Origin: Tilletiaria anomala UBC 951
Lineage: Eukaryota
Assembly (NCBI RefSeq): GCF_000711695.1
Contig: NW_013547020.1
Span: 186,001-250,000, forward strand
Direction of reading: 5' to 3'
Length of the DNA: 64,000 nt
This document shows, in pieces, positions 52,643 to 64,000 of the stretch. The notes below the pieces were generated by a model. The model did not search any database. It saw nothing but the letters and a program-made list of their open reading frames with translations, and had not been told where the DNA came from. Made by a program: the position numbers and the translations under genes. Position 1 is the first letter of the stretch. Every line of letters begins with the position of its first letter.

Positions 52643-53448
52643 TCACCGCTTGGTTTGCGTCGCAGCCTCTGGTAGAAGGAAATAGAGGGGGAGAGGAGCA
52701 CGTGCCGAGCGGCGAGTCAGCGTCAGGCACGGATCCAGCAAGGGGGTGGAGGGTCGCTACTCTTGAAGGCAAAAAAGAAGAGAAAGGCAGGGGGAGGCAG
52801 AAGGCGAGCGACCGAAGCCCAAACTCACCTCTTCGCGTCGCGTCTTCTAGCAGCTGTGTGTCGACCGCTGCAGCGGGGATGTGCACATAGCGCACCACGG
52901 AGCCGCGGATGAATGCTGACTTGACAGCTGCCTGCACGGCGCTCGATTGAGTGAATTATCAGTGACGGAGTTTGAGGAGAAAATGTAAGTTGAGAGGGTC
53001 AGCGGGTCTTGCTCTCCACTCTGATTCGTGCCGCGTCCAATTTGCTAACAAAGGCGACTGACCATGTGCGGATGTGACGCCTCGTCCAGCACCTTGATAT
53101 TGTCCAGCTTGAAATTGAGGAATCTGCATCGGTGACAGTGTCATGACCGGCCCGAACGGAGAATGGTTTAGTCAGTCCGAAGATGGATCTTGGCGTCTTT
53201 GCATGCACCGACGCACTGATCGACGCTCTTCAGTGTCCCTTGAATGGACAAGTCATTTTTTAGCTCAACCGTCACGTTTTGATCCGTCAGTGTCTTAAAT
53301 GCAGAGAAGATCAACTGCAGCAGTCAGGTGAAAGGAGCCGAACACGATACCCAGACGTTCAGGCCGACAATATAGATGGACGGGAAGAGACGTGAGCATC
53401 AGCGTTGACGGCGATTCGCTTCGCCTATCTGGAACTGGTACTTACCAT
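52643..53448 (-). CDS. LSM2: U6 snRNA-associated Sm-like protein Lsm2 (5 exons, ATG-only first exon)
   Basis: M|LIFSAFKTLTDQNVTVELKNDLSIQGTLKSVDQ|FLNFKLDNIKVLDEASHPHM|AAVKSAFIRGSVVRYVHIPAAAVDTQLLEDATRR|EAATQTKR*. Confidence 0.95.
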
Positions 53449-53909
53449 CTTCGCTGATCGCGCGTGACCGAGGACGACGTAATTTTTTTCGTCTGCTTGT
53501 CCTGATGACGGGTCGTCAATGCTATGAGGAAATAAAAGAGTTGCTCGACTGGGGAAGGCAAGATTCTTGAAGGTATTCGATCAGTGAGCCTATGTAATGA
53601 ATGCCTATGTATATATAAATAGGATGGCGCTCGTCAGAAAGACTCGGCTGGTGGGGAGAGTCGTGCCGTGCTGCGCGGCGCATCAGGCCCCCATAACTCT
53701 TCCAACATCCGCTGTTGCAACACATCAACAGCGACCTCACCATGAAAGGCATTTGGAAGACATCCCACGGTCGACAGGTGCTAATTGCAAATTGTGCTCA
53801 AGGTGTAGGCTCAACAGAACTCACAGTGATAGCGAGCTTAAGGCCATTGTGCTAGGAGCTGTGACAGAGCGACCGGGAATGGCAGCCATCGGCCCATGAT
53901 GGTGTAGCC

Positions 53910-54748
53910 ATGTCCACTCTGTACCATCATCATCACCACAGCCACAAGCATGCGACGCATGTGCCGGTCGCCCCTGTGCTCGAGCCGCCACCCCTCTTCG
54001 CGGTGGTAGCGAAGCACATCTACCGCTTCTCATTTATCGAACTGGATGCGGCATCTTACCCGTTTCTGCGCTCGTTGCAGCTCAAGAAGGTCATCTTGCT
54101 CAGCGCAGAGAGGCCATCAAAGACCCTGACGACGTTCGTCGAGCAGGAAGGCATTAACCTTACGCACTATGGCTTGACATCGGAGCGGGATGACCACGAA
54201 AACGACAGCAATGGAGCAAACACGCAGCAAAGTGGCGGTGAAGCTAGCCTCGATCCACTAGACGGCTTCTTTGGGTCTGCGTCTGCTATCTCGAAGAGCA
54301 TCATTTCGGAGCACACCATCAAGAATGCGTTGCAGAACCTGCTCGACGTGCGGAATCATCCAATTGCTATCTGTGATACGTGAGCGTACTAGTGGCGGTG
54401 GCTGTTTTCCGCTGAGCACATAGAATTGACGATGTGACCTATCGCAGGTCTGGGATGCACGAGACTGGAGTCTTGGTGGGGTGCATGAGAAAGATGCAAA
54501 GCTGGAATTTCGCCAGCATCCTCGTTGAAGTGCGTTTCGTATTGATCTGTCCCCTCTTCAGACTTTCAGCTGACCCGACCTGCTTCCGATATCTGCCGAA
54601 GTATCGTTCCTTTGCTGGGAGCAAGAGCCGAGCACCCAACGAACGGTTCATCGAAATGTTCAATATAAGCACGCCTGACCTTCCCCCAGAGCGCCATCGA
54701 CCGTCGTGGCTTCAGCATGCCAAGACAGATCGTGCGAATGGCAGATAA
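53910..54748 (+). CDS. Siw14/Oca-family (PFA-DSP) phosphatase-like protein, probably catalytically inactive
   Basis: PPPLFAVVAKHIYR, FLRSLQLKKVILLS, LLDVRNHPIAICDT|SGMHETGVLVGCMRKMQSWNFASILVE|YRSFAG and NERFIEMF motifs. Confidence 0.85.
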
Positions 54749-54809
54749 TTGGGTTCATTGTCGACATTGTAGCATACAACAGGTTCGAGAGAGAGAGAAC
54801 TGCATTCCC

Positions 54810-55120
54810 TCAGTTTTCAATATTTTGCGCAGCATTCGTCTGATACCCACCAGTGCCGAGCAACGGAGGCATATCGGCGTCGACGGCGCCAAATGTTCTG
54901 CTGGGCTAAGAGCCGAGCTTAAACTCGAGCGCGCTACCTTGAAGGAAAACTCGGTTTGCCGAATCCAGTTCCTCGTGATCGGCTGGTTGTTGAGCGTGGT
55001 CGATACGATGTACTTGTCGGTCTTTGCGCCGCCGAAGCAAACGCAGTACGAACTCGACTGTATTCAACACAAGGGATACGGGGTATCTAGTACGGGTACA
55101 GACGAGTATATGTACTACGA
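54810..55120 (-). pseudogene. Relic of a GH92 alpha-1,2-mannosidase C-terminus
   Basis: KYIVSTTLNNQPITRNWIRQTEF, then a 1-nt frameshift, then FLQGSALEFKLGS*PSRTFGAVDADMPPLLGTGG, which resembles the conserved GH92 C-terminal segment. Confidence 0.65.
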
Positions 55121-55471
55121 GACGATCGATTGTCAATGTCAGTCTCATTCTTGGTCCATTTCTCGCTCATTTCAGTAAGGTATGAGTATGCCATTCGTGA
55201 GATCGTGAGAGCTGAGAGGGTATATGCCCAAAGTCAGCAACTCCAGCATGCCACAGGCTTCAGCGTCAGATCTCAGCACATCAGCGTTCCGCATGCAGCC
55301 AAATGCCCCAAGTTGGCCGACGGCCCAAGCGTACTTTCATCATCGTAATATCAAGCCAAACACAGAGACGAAGGCGAGGAGACGGTGATCTGGACGGCGG
55401 GGAGCACGGCGGGTCGGGTCGATGCGTATTTGCATGTACTGCGCGTGCATTCAAACACGCATTCATGCTAT

Positions 55472-58177
55472 CTATCGCTTCTTTCTGCCTTTCTTCTTGC
55501 CTTGCGCAGCACCAACACCCACCTCCCACTCCTCCTCGTCCACTTTGCCCGCAGCCGCGTGCCCTGTCTCGCGGATGTGGTTGAACAGCTTGGACCTCGA
55601 TTGGAAGTGCGACGCGCAGACATTGCAGACCTGGAAAAAAGAACGATGAAGAGTCAAAAGTTGGTTGAGAGGGCCACGTGAATAATAGATGGCGACCGTA
55701 GCGGATTGTGGAATTCACCTCTCCTGCCTTCCCTTTGCTTTTGTTATCCTTGTTTCGTCGTCGGGCCCTTTTGCCTTGTTCGCCATCAATATGGCCATCT
55801 GTGTCTGTGACTGCAGTTAAAGTGGCAGCGGCATTGTCATTCTTGCAATCTTGCACCTTGTCCGCGGTCTCTTTCGCCTTGAGCAGTAGCACTTTCTCTT
55901 CGAGCCTGAACAGATGACTGTCCTTGACGTCAGGCGCCAGGTTACGCACCGCTTTGGCGAGGTTGAGCAGGTACTCGTCATTCCGCCCCGATGGTCCCTC
56001 GCACGTAAATATCCTCAATGCCAGGTCATCCAGGCTGCTGGGCCCCACAAATGCCGGGTTGTCTGGCAGACCAACGTAGACAAGTACGTCGTCCAGCACC
56101 TTCTCAATCTCGCTTGCCCACACCGTCACGCGCTGCTCAGTGTAGCCGTTTTTCTCCCGCCAGTCGAGGTACGCTTTCACCTCGCTCGCATGCGCCGGAT
56201 CGATCGTGTACGAGTAGCCCCACACAATGTCCCCCTCCGGTGCATCGTCCGCCTCCTCAAATTGATGCCAGTCGGCAGCCGAGATGAGCGTGACGACTCG
56301 CCCAGGGCGCTCAGGCGTACCGCGATGGTCGATTGAGTGCTGTGCAAACCGTCGCGCATACCCTTTAATGTAACCGGGCGTCCGGCCAATCACGTGCGGA
56401 GGCGGCTTAAAGATCAGAGAGCCGTAGCCGAATACGTCGAATGATCCTGGCGGGCGTTCCTTTGGTGCTGCCAAAAAGGCGTCCGGTTGTGCAGTCTCCT
56501 TGACTCCGATGTGGCTGGTATCAAGCGCGCTGATGAGAGGCTCCTTGATGTCAAATGCGTCGCTTCCGTCTTCACCATCTAGATCTTCCGCCTCGTGGAG
56601 AGCCAGGCCCGCTTGCTGCTGCGCCTTGCGTTGCTTCATCTGCTTCTTCTTCGCTTTCTTGCTGTTAGGACCCGGGGACGCACTTGGCATGGCAAAGCCG
56701 GCGGACACATCTTCGCCTGCTAGCGGCACAGCGTCTCCAGCAAGATTTAGTTCGTCCTCTTCCTGCTGCATCTCACGCCTCAGCCTCTGAACTTCTTGCT
56801 TGTGCTTCTTGCTTCGCTCGTGGTTCTGCCAGGCTGCTTCTGATTGGAAGAACTTGTCGCAAGCGACGCACGTCCATTGCGACGACTCGGGCTCATCTAC
56901 GCTTTCATCTTCATCGCCTTCCTCCTCTCCGCCCTCGTCATGGTCGTCTTCATTGCCATCAGCAGAATCACTCACGTAAGACACGTCCGAGTCCTCAAAG
57001 TCAGAATATATAACCTCCTCGACTTTTTCCCAATCCTGCGTCTGTTCTCGATATCTCTCAGCCGCAGCCTCTCTCTCGCGCATCCGTGTATTTGCTTCCT
57101 CGCGGCTTTGCTGTATCTTCTTAACATGTTCTTCGCCCCCGGGCGCTTGCTTCTTTTGCCAAGCCTTGAAGCGTGGATCTCGCTTCCGAATGAATGCGAC
57201 AAGCGACTGCGGCCAAAGGTGGTGAAAATGTCAGGGCGTGGCGGCGCTGCCAGAGTAGCAAAACTAACACTCACCCTGACGGTGTCATTGTAATCTTTCC
57301 TGGCCATGTCTCGGGCGCGTTTGTTTTCCTTCTCCATGAGCCTTTTGACACGACGATCCGGTGCCTCATTTGTGCGGTATTTATCAAGCCATCCAAAACT
57401 CTTCCGACTCGAGAACCCGGCCCATGCGGTATAGAAGTTCTTCGCTGGAGTTTGGTTGCCTGCCGCTTCCTCTCCCTTTACTAGGGCATACGGATTGTGA
57501 GAGTAGCCAAAGGTGGGGTATTCAAAAGGCGGACCATTGTCTTCTCCTGGATACGCCGTGGCTATTTGCTCTTCATCCGCTATTCTTTTGAACAGCCTCC
57601 GGTACGTTCCAAAGAATCCGCTGTCATCAGAGGACGGCACAGTCATGTTCTTACCCGTAGCAAGTGTGGGATCAAAAAAGCGCCCCAAATGTTTGATGGT
57701 GAGGCCAGGTGCCGATGCCCTCGGGGCCGCTTGAGCCGCTTTGCCCGTCCGCAGGTCTTCAAAAGCGGCATCTGAGATGTTCTCGTCATCATCTTAAAGT
57801 AAGAAAGAGCGGAAGGCAAGATTTGCTTCAGAATACATCAATAGGACGGCAGGACTGAAATGATGAGTCTCACCATCTTCAAACACATCATCCTTGTGAT
57901 TGTCATACCACGCTCGTTCTTGAGGATCGCTGAGCACTTCGTACGCCGCTTGAATCAAGTGAAATCTTCTATTCGATTCTTCTTCTTGTCCAGGATTCTT
58001 ATCCGGGTGGTGCTGCAAGGCCAGCTTGCGGTAAGCCTTCCGTATCGTCGCTTCATCGGCGTCTTGATCAATGCTCAGCAGTGCGTAATAGTCCTTGGCG
58101 CTGGGCCCGCCATCCCAGGCGGCCTCGTCGCCTGAAGCTCGCTTTGAGCCGCCTTGCGACGACTGTCCCGCCCCCAT
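55472..58177 (-). CDS. JJJ1: Jjj1/DNAJC21-type J-protein (J domain plus two C2H2 fingers) with an inserted ChaC gamma-glutamylcyclotransferase domain
   Basis: J domain with HPD (LALQHHPDKN), KRLMEKENKRARD, ZnF CVACDKFFQSEAAWQNHERSKKH, ChaC VFGYGSLIFK...DHRGTPERPGRVVTL...YLDWREKNGY...GPSGRNDEYL, and last exon ZnF CNVCASHFQSRSKLFNHIRETGH. Confidence 0.9.
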
Positions 58178-58561
58178 CTGCAGATACCCTTGTGGGCAGA
58201 AGGTACATTATCCGCGCACCGCGACACCGCACGCCTAGCAACGAACCTCGGATGATCTCAACTCTCAAGCCAACCCGAACCGAAGGTCGTTTCCTGAAGA
58301 AGTGATAGTGTGGCACGCTAAAAGAAATAATGTGATTTTATGTTCCTCATCTATCGTGCGAGAAAATCTGAAACATCTTGTCCTTGCGTCTCATTGTCAA
58401 CTCACCAAGGTGAGAGGCGTGAAGAGTGGCGCGTCTGCACATGATACCCCAGCATATGACGATCTGGACGGCTCGAAGCAGTCCAGAATGCAAGAATGTG
58501 AATTATGCTACAGCGCCGTTACGGAGAACACAGAATCAGTCAAAAGGGAAAGAGCTTGTGG

Positions 58562-61500
58562 TCACGTTTGGAGCCCTTCCTTGCGAGCGTCTTTGTTGAT
58601 GAACTTAAACAGCTTGCGACCTGCCTCGATACCTAAAAGCTCTTGCAGCTCCTCCTGGGTGAGGTCGCACAGCTCGGCAATATCCCGCACCTGGTTCATG
58701 ATGTATCGGTAATTTCGGGTGTTGATGCCTGGCATGGCACGCAGAAGGTCTTGAGGCGTGAGGTTGAACGAGTGCTCGTTGGTTGTATTGAAACTTACGA
58801 CGGACGAGCCTGCAACAATTTCGGTCGATCCTTGCGGGCCATGATCATCTTCCAAGCCGATACCGGCAACTTTGGCGACATCGGGCTCCTCAAAATTTTG
58901 CTTGATGTCTTCAAAGATGTCGGCCGTGGCGTAAGGGGAAGAAGACCAGACGATGCGGAGACGGGGAAAAGTGGTGGTGAGAAGTACGAGCTTTGACTGT
59001 ATGTCAAGCTCTGAGCGATTTGCGCTCTCCTTGAATGTGCGCGCTTTTCCCTGTGCATCATTGACAGATCGTAGCGAAAAGCTCTTATCTTGGTCGAATT
59101 CGATGAGCAGCATGGGGTGCTTGTAATGAATGGACATGAGCTCGCACTGTGTGTATCTACTCATAGCGAGACCGTCAGTTTATACAGGGCAAGGCGATGA
59201 CCAGCGAGAAGCGCCACTCACAGTCTGCCAGAGCTGAAACTCTGTGCCAAGTCCGTCAGACTCTTCCTCTCCACACAAATATCTGGCGTCAAAATGTAAT
59301 CCCCGACTTGAAGAGTGCAGGGAACTACATCGATACCTGCTGCATGTAGCATGGAAGGTAGACTTGAACGAAACTCTCGCATGTCGACGATGATACGCGG
59401 TCGCTCGGATGTCGCGGTGCGCTGACCACCAGCAATGCGCGAGTTGATTGTGCGCAGCAATCGGTCATCGGCACTTTGTTCCGCGGGTCGACCATCAGCG
59501 CGCAGAGGCAGCACCATGGACTTACAGCACAATGTTAGAGTAAGTGCCAGGATTCAGTGACAGGTCAACCGTCGATGCGAACGCACCGATTTCTCCCTGA
59601 TCAGCTTCTCGAAAGACTCCTTTTCCCTTCGAATGCTGCTGAGATACCGTTGCTCCTCGAAAGACTCGGCATACATCATGAAATAGAGTCTGACGCCGAA
59701 GCCAGGGTTGCTGCGGCGATAGACCTGCGGGGTATGCCAAAATGACCCATTAGCGGCTGCTCGCTGTGAGGCTTTCTTAAGACTCACTTCGATCCTTCGA
59801 ATAAAGGCAGGCTGCGTATCATACATGACGATGAAACGAGGCTTGAGCTCTTGCAGGACCTTGTCATCCTCGTCATCGCGGTACGTTCTGACGACCACCA
59901 GGTTTTGCATGCTGAGTAAGCCAAAGAAAATGTCGAAGTTAAGTTCGCTAAGCGTTTCGGTGGACACACTGAGGTCGTTGACGCCGCTTCCCTCCTCTTC
60001 CTGTCCGGCGTCATCTGGATTATCGAGGTCAGCGTTCGCTTGTTTGACCGCTCGTCGCATGCTGAGCGAAGGGGCGAGTGGAGGGCCAGATCGATTCGCC
60101 TCAGCTCAACGTTACACTTAGGCTTGCCGGTCCGCTCTTGTACTCACAAAGCAGCAATGTCGCTAGCCTCCTCATACATGGCCTCTCCGCTGTTCGCTGC
60201 CGCCTGCTTGCGCCCGCCTGAAGCAGAGGCCGTGGCAGACCCGCCTCTCATCCTGCGCCTCTTGCCCGGCGGCGGCTGGCCACGGAATGCCTGCTTGCGC
60301 TTGAGCGCTTCGCTCAGGTGCTCACTGGAGCTGGCCCTGCCCTCCGCGCCCAAAGTTGAAGCTGATGTAGAGGTCGAAGTGTCCGCCTGACCATTCCAAT
60401 CATTCAGAGCATTGCCGGTGCCGCTGGCCCCATTGTTCTTTGACCATAAGCCCTTGCCGTGCATGCCTCCGAGTGCTCGCTTCCACATGAAATAGTGGCG
60501 CAGCATGCGGCGCATCATGCGCTGACCTGGCCGTTGGTCCGATTCGCCCTCCTCTCCCTTCCCGCCATTGATTTGTATCCCCCTGCCTTCCTGCATTGTT
60601 GCTAGCAGTTCGCGGACCTGAGAGCACGTTCGTGCGGAAGAAGTCATGACGAGGATTGTGTTGTTCGTCCAAGCGTCTAGACGCATTGCACGGTCGGTTC
60701 GTGAGTTGAGATCCTACTTGGAAGTTAATACGAAATTAGACTCACCCTGCAAATGCTCCTGCGCTTGGATCTCTTCTTCAATCTCGCGCATCACGTCCCG
60801 CAGGAGCTTCCACTTCGGGAGTTCCTCCAGCACAAGGTCAATGCCATCTGGCAGCCACGAGTATGTTCTGCTGGCCCTAGCGAGAGCTGCAGCGCTGTTC
60901 AAGCCATCGCTATTCCCCGTTATTTTGTCGCTAAACGCCTCGCTCTGTAGTAATGCTTCATCTTCATCATCATCGATTACATCGGGTGCTACTGCTGCCA
61001 TGTTTTCTTTCCCTTGAGCAGGGCCTGGTTTGGCGATTTCGCCAATATAGACACGGCGCCTAGCCTCGGAGAAGATAGTATTCGCAGCGTCCATCAGGAG
61101 CCACGGACTTTGATTCTGTCGCACCGTACCAGTGGCTGAGGCTGGGCTCGTGTTGGCCGCGAGGATCGTTTCAAGAAAGGAGTAGAAGGTAACGGCATCA
61201 TATTGGATCAGATAGCTGAAAGAAGCGCCACCGGTACACGATGTCAGCGCATGCACGGGAAAGGTCAAGCGTGGGTAGCAACTGACGTGAGAAGTTGCCG
61301 TAAAGTACTCAGATCAGAGACAAGTTGCTTTGTCTTGGGGCTGACTCGGTGCCAGACAGGATCAAGTTGTCGGCGCACAACGGCATCAAAGACATGAAAG
61401 ATCGCATTCTCGACCGTGTACTCGACCGTATCCACCTGTGGGTGTCCAAGCACTTAGTCTCCGGACACGGGACTGGACAGATGAAATCACTCACACCTAC

Positions 61501-62412
61501 GCTCGTTCGTTTCAACTCGCAGATCGTCGCTTCAAGACACTCAATGATCGAAGTCTGAATATTCAACATACTCCGACTGAGCTCCTGATGGAGTTCCACA
61601 ACATCTGCTCTCTGAGCACCGAGACTTTTCTGTACGATCTTGTGAAATCTGAATCAGGTTGCCCGCGAGTAGGGTGTTCAGCATGTAAGAGACTGCTGCA
61701 TCCACGTACTATTCAGGTCTCACCTTGGCCAGATATCCACTTGACGGATCTGCAGCTGACCCATGACCGTCTGGAGTGGCGTGAACCCATGAGCAAAATG
61801 TTCGGGATTGTCCGAAAATGCTTTCAAGAAGCCATCTTCGTTTTTCTCCCTAAAGATACGAACGATAAACGCCTCGACACTCGTCGGAGTAACATTTTCC
61901 GCATGGAGCACGACCATTCCGGTGATAAGTTCGGTAGGTATGCGTTTGAGAAGCATGTCGACTACGAGGATCCTTGAAGTAACGGAAAGCAGGCCGCCGG
62001 CCATATAGAGCTCCTGGCGTTTCTGCGCGGTCATCTCATGCGTAATAACTCGCAGCCCTGGTCGGCGGACGCCAAGCGTAGTCAGCTCTTCACCGATTCC
62101 TTCCTCCTCCTCCGAGGTGGCGTTAATCACGACGATCAGATTGGTTGGGGCATCATAGATCTTCAGAATGGTGGAGATGATGCGGCGCATGCCGAGGCCT
62201 TTTGCAAGGATGACGAGCGAATTTCCGTCATCTTCTTCCTCATCGTCTTCTTCATTCTCGACTCTTCGATCACCATTTGCCGCACCGCCTTCCCCTTGTG
62301 CGAAGTCGGCGGAGTCTTTAGGGATGAGAGAGGCAATGATGGCACGATGAAAGGGTAGGAGGAAGGGCCCGCTGAGGTGGCGGACGACCTCTCCTCTCTC
62401 TGCGGAAGCCAT
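58562..62412 (-). CDS. RAD1: Structure-specific endonuclease Rad1/XPF (ERCC4), multi-exon
   Basis: LVILAKGLGM, LSVTSRILVVDML, GFLKAFSDNPE, LEELPKWKLL, IIVDMREFRSSLP, VGDYILTPDICVERKS and a C-terminal HhH (LRAMPGI). Confidence 0.96.
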
Positions 62413-62941
62413 TGCGACTACCTTCCATCGCTTGCACGGCTGCACCTGACGCTCGCACGCCTCGCCTCTCACCAGCGACTCAGGTTCAATTCGAACTCGT
62501 ACGGTCAACCTTCGATGGCCATGATGAAGTAGTCGCACAAGATGAGCGATTGCGAAGCCATCTCGGCCGATAGAAAGACACCCACTATCTGGAGAGATCG
62601 TTTGCGAGGCGTCGCGCCATGCTGGAAGTGTAAGTGATAGCGCATAATGCGCGAATCGCAGTCACGTGGTCCAGTGTTTGTTTTCGAGTAGAGACTGCGA
62701 CTGCGCTTCTATCAATCAATTCCAGGTTGACCAGCAACATGCGCCTGCACCGTGCAGATCCATATAATTAGAGAAATGCCTTGTGCGTCAAAGAGCGCGG
62801 AGGAGTCGAAGCTGCCACGCACATAGGCTCAGCGAATCCCATCCTAACCCAAAGCTCATGCATCCCGACTAGGAGAATCGTTGCAGTATTGGGGGCAGTA
62901 CAGCGAGAGCTGCTCCTCCTGCCGACGGCTTCCCCTCCGCC

Positions 62942-64000
62942 ATGCCGCACCAGATCCTGGCTCCTCTCCCTACCAACATTCCTCGGCGACCACATCGGCA
63001 GCTGGGCGTCGAAGCAGCGGTCGCTTTGAAAGGATCCAAAACAGGGAAGATGAAGGGCACTGGCGCAAGCTTGATCGGTAAACGTAAGGCGTCTGCGGCA
63101 GCGGCGGCCGCAGATATAGATCCTGCGGAGGAAGGGGCGCCTCCCAGGGAAGGCGGAGGAACTTGCGATTCTTCGGCATCCACCCAGTTTTCGTCAGCGG
63201 CCGTTCCGGATGCGGTGCTTGCCATGGCATCTTCTCAAGTTGTCATGGACACATCGACCCGTGCAAAAGTAGGGATCAAGCGAAAGAAGAGTGGGAAAGG
63301 CAGTGCCGGCTTTACTCAGACTTACAACTCCAACATGACAGCTGATGCTTCCGCTGCAAACCGTAATGATGCAGCTCTTTATAAACGAACCAGTTTCAAG
63401 GATATTTCCACCTCGGCGACGAACGCAAGTACAAGAGCCAGCAGCGGCAAACGTCTGATCATCACCCGCAAGCGCCTTTCGTTGGACGGCAGTCCAATGA
63501 GTCGCTCAGCACTCGGGCACGGCTTTGGCCATCTCAATCCTGACACCGAGCAGGCGCACTGCAAAAGCCGTGGAGAAGACTCTAGCCGACGCACGTCGCG
63601 TTCGTCACAGCATTCACTGATGCAACTCCCAAAGCAGAAAGTGAATGTCCAAGACACCGAGCCTACATCTGAAGGCCACACAAGCGATGAAGTTGTCGAG
63701 GCGGTGGAAGAAAATGCTGAAGATCGTGGTGAGCAGCCTGTGCGGCAATGTTGTTTGTCTGGTGGCTGCGCTGATGTTTCTTCTCTGGTTGCAGACACCC
63801 GTCTCCTCAATTCGGCGCCGTCCTGGGAGCTTAATAGACTCAGGAAAAGCGATCTCGTTCGACTACTTGTCCGTCTCGGAACCTGGGGAAGTACGAGCCC
63901 AGAGAATGCAAGCACATACAAGAAGCAAGAATTAATCGATGCCGTCGTCATGGCGCGCGATACCACATCCGCTAGGACTTCGCCAGCTGGCAGCGAATCA
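62942..64000 (+). CDS. 5' part of a large low-complexity protein, open to the window end, with a SAP/HeH-like helical motif
   Basis: Frame is open from ATG 62942 (MPHQILAPLPTN...) to 64000 and is absent from the ORF track because it has no stop. Contains LNRLRKSDLVRL...KKQELIDAVVMAR. Confidence 0.65.
   Translation, partial: MPHQILAPLPTNIPRRPHRQLGVEAAVALKGSKTGKMKGTGASLIGKRKASAAAAAADIDPAEEGAPPREGGGTCDSSASTQFSSAAVPDAVLAMASSQVVMDTSTRAKVGIKRKKSGKGSAGFTQTYNSNMTADASAANRNDAALYKRTSFKDISTSATNASTRASSGKRLIITRKRLSLDGSPMSRSALGHGFGHLNPDTEQAHCKSRGEDSSRRTSRSSQHSLMQLPKQKVNVQDTEPTSEGHTSDEVVEAVEENAEDRGEQPVRQCCLSGGCADVSSLVADTRLLNSAPSWELNRLRKSDLVRLLVRLGTWGSTSPENASTYKKQELIDAVVMARDTTSARTSPAGSES

Noticed and set aside
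53502..53535. CTGATGA hammerhead-like core near the LSM2 start
   Set aside because: No correctly placed GAAA after stem II and no closing stems.
55281..55720. C-terminal part of the 600-aa ORF taken as the JJJ1 end
   Set aside because: It reads through an intron (GTGAAT..CAG). The real last exon encodes the second zinc finger in another frame.
1..64000. CRISPR arrays, rRNA, intact tRNAs, intact transposons
   Set aside because: None seen. This is eukaryotic gene-dense sequence with no repeat-spacer array, cloverleaf or transposase/RT motifs recognised.

Overview
Gene-dense, intron-containing fungal genomic DNA. GT..AG introns with CTRAC branch points and the gene content suggest a basidiomycete, probably Ustilaginomycotina (inference). 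About 27 coding units are recognisable, including pyridoxal kinase, NAPE-PLD, complex I NDUFS5, Med9, CitE-like lyase, PRPP synthetase, Use1, G-protein gamma, MoaA/MoaC, CPD photolyase, DUF1295, Pex8, Pma1, Efm3, Tim22, Atg9, a secreted Gly-rich repeat protein, seipin, calnexin, Lsm2, an Oca-type pseudophosphatase, Jjj1 and Rad1/XPF. There are also at least two pseudogenes (aldo-keto reductase and a GH92 relic). The main finding is that MoaA ends in its essential ...IGG followed by a single TGA in the readthrough context TGA-CTAG. The same frame then continues, with no further stop, through an Arg/Ser-rich presequence-like linker into MoaC, suggesting a readthrough- or splice-controlled molybdenum-cofactor polyprotein. 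Other notable findings are a complete ChaC glutathione gamma-glutamylcyclotransferase domain nested between the two zinc fingers of the J-protein Jjj1, an ~800-aa secreted protein that may be a multi-peptide precursor, and two unusually long, structured introns. Exon boundaries were read by eye and family calls rest on recognised motifs, not database searches.
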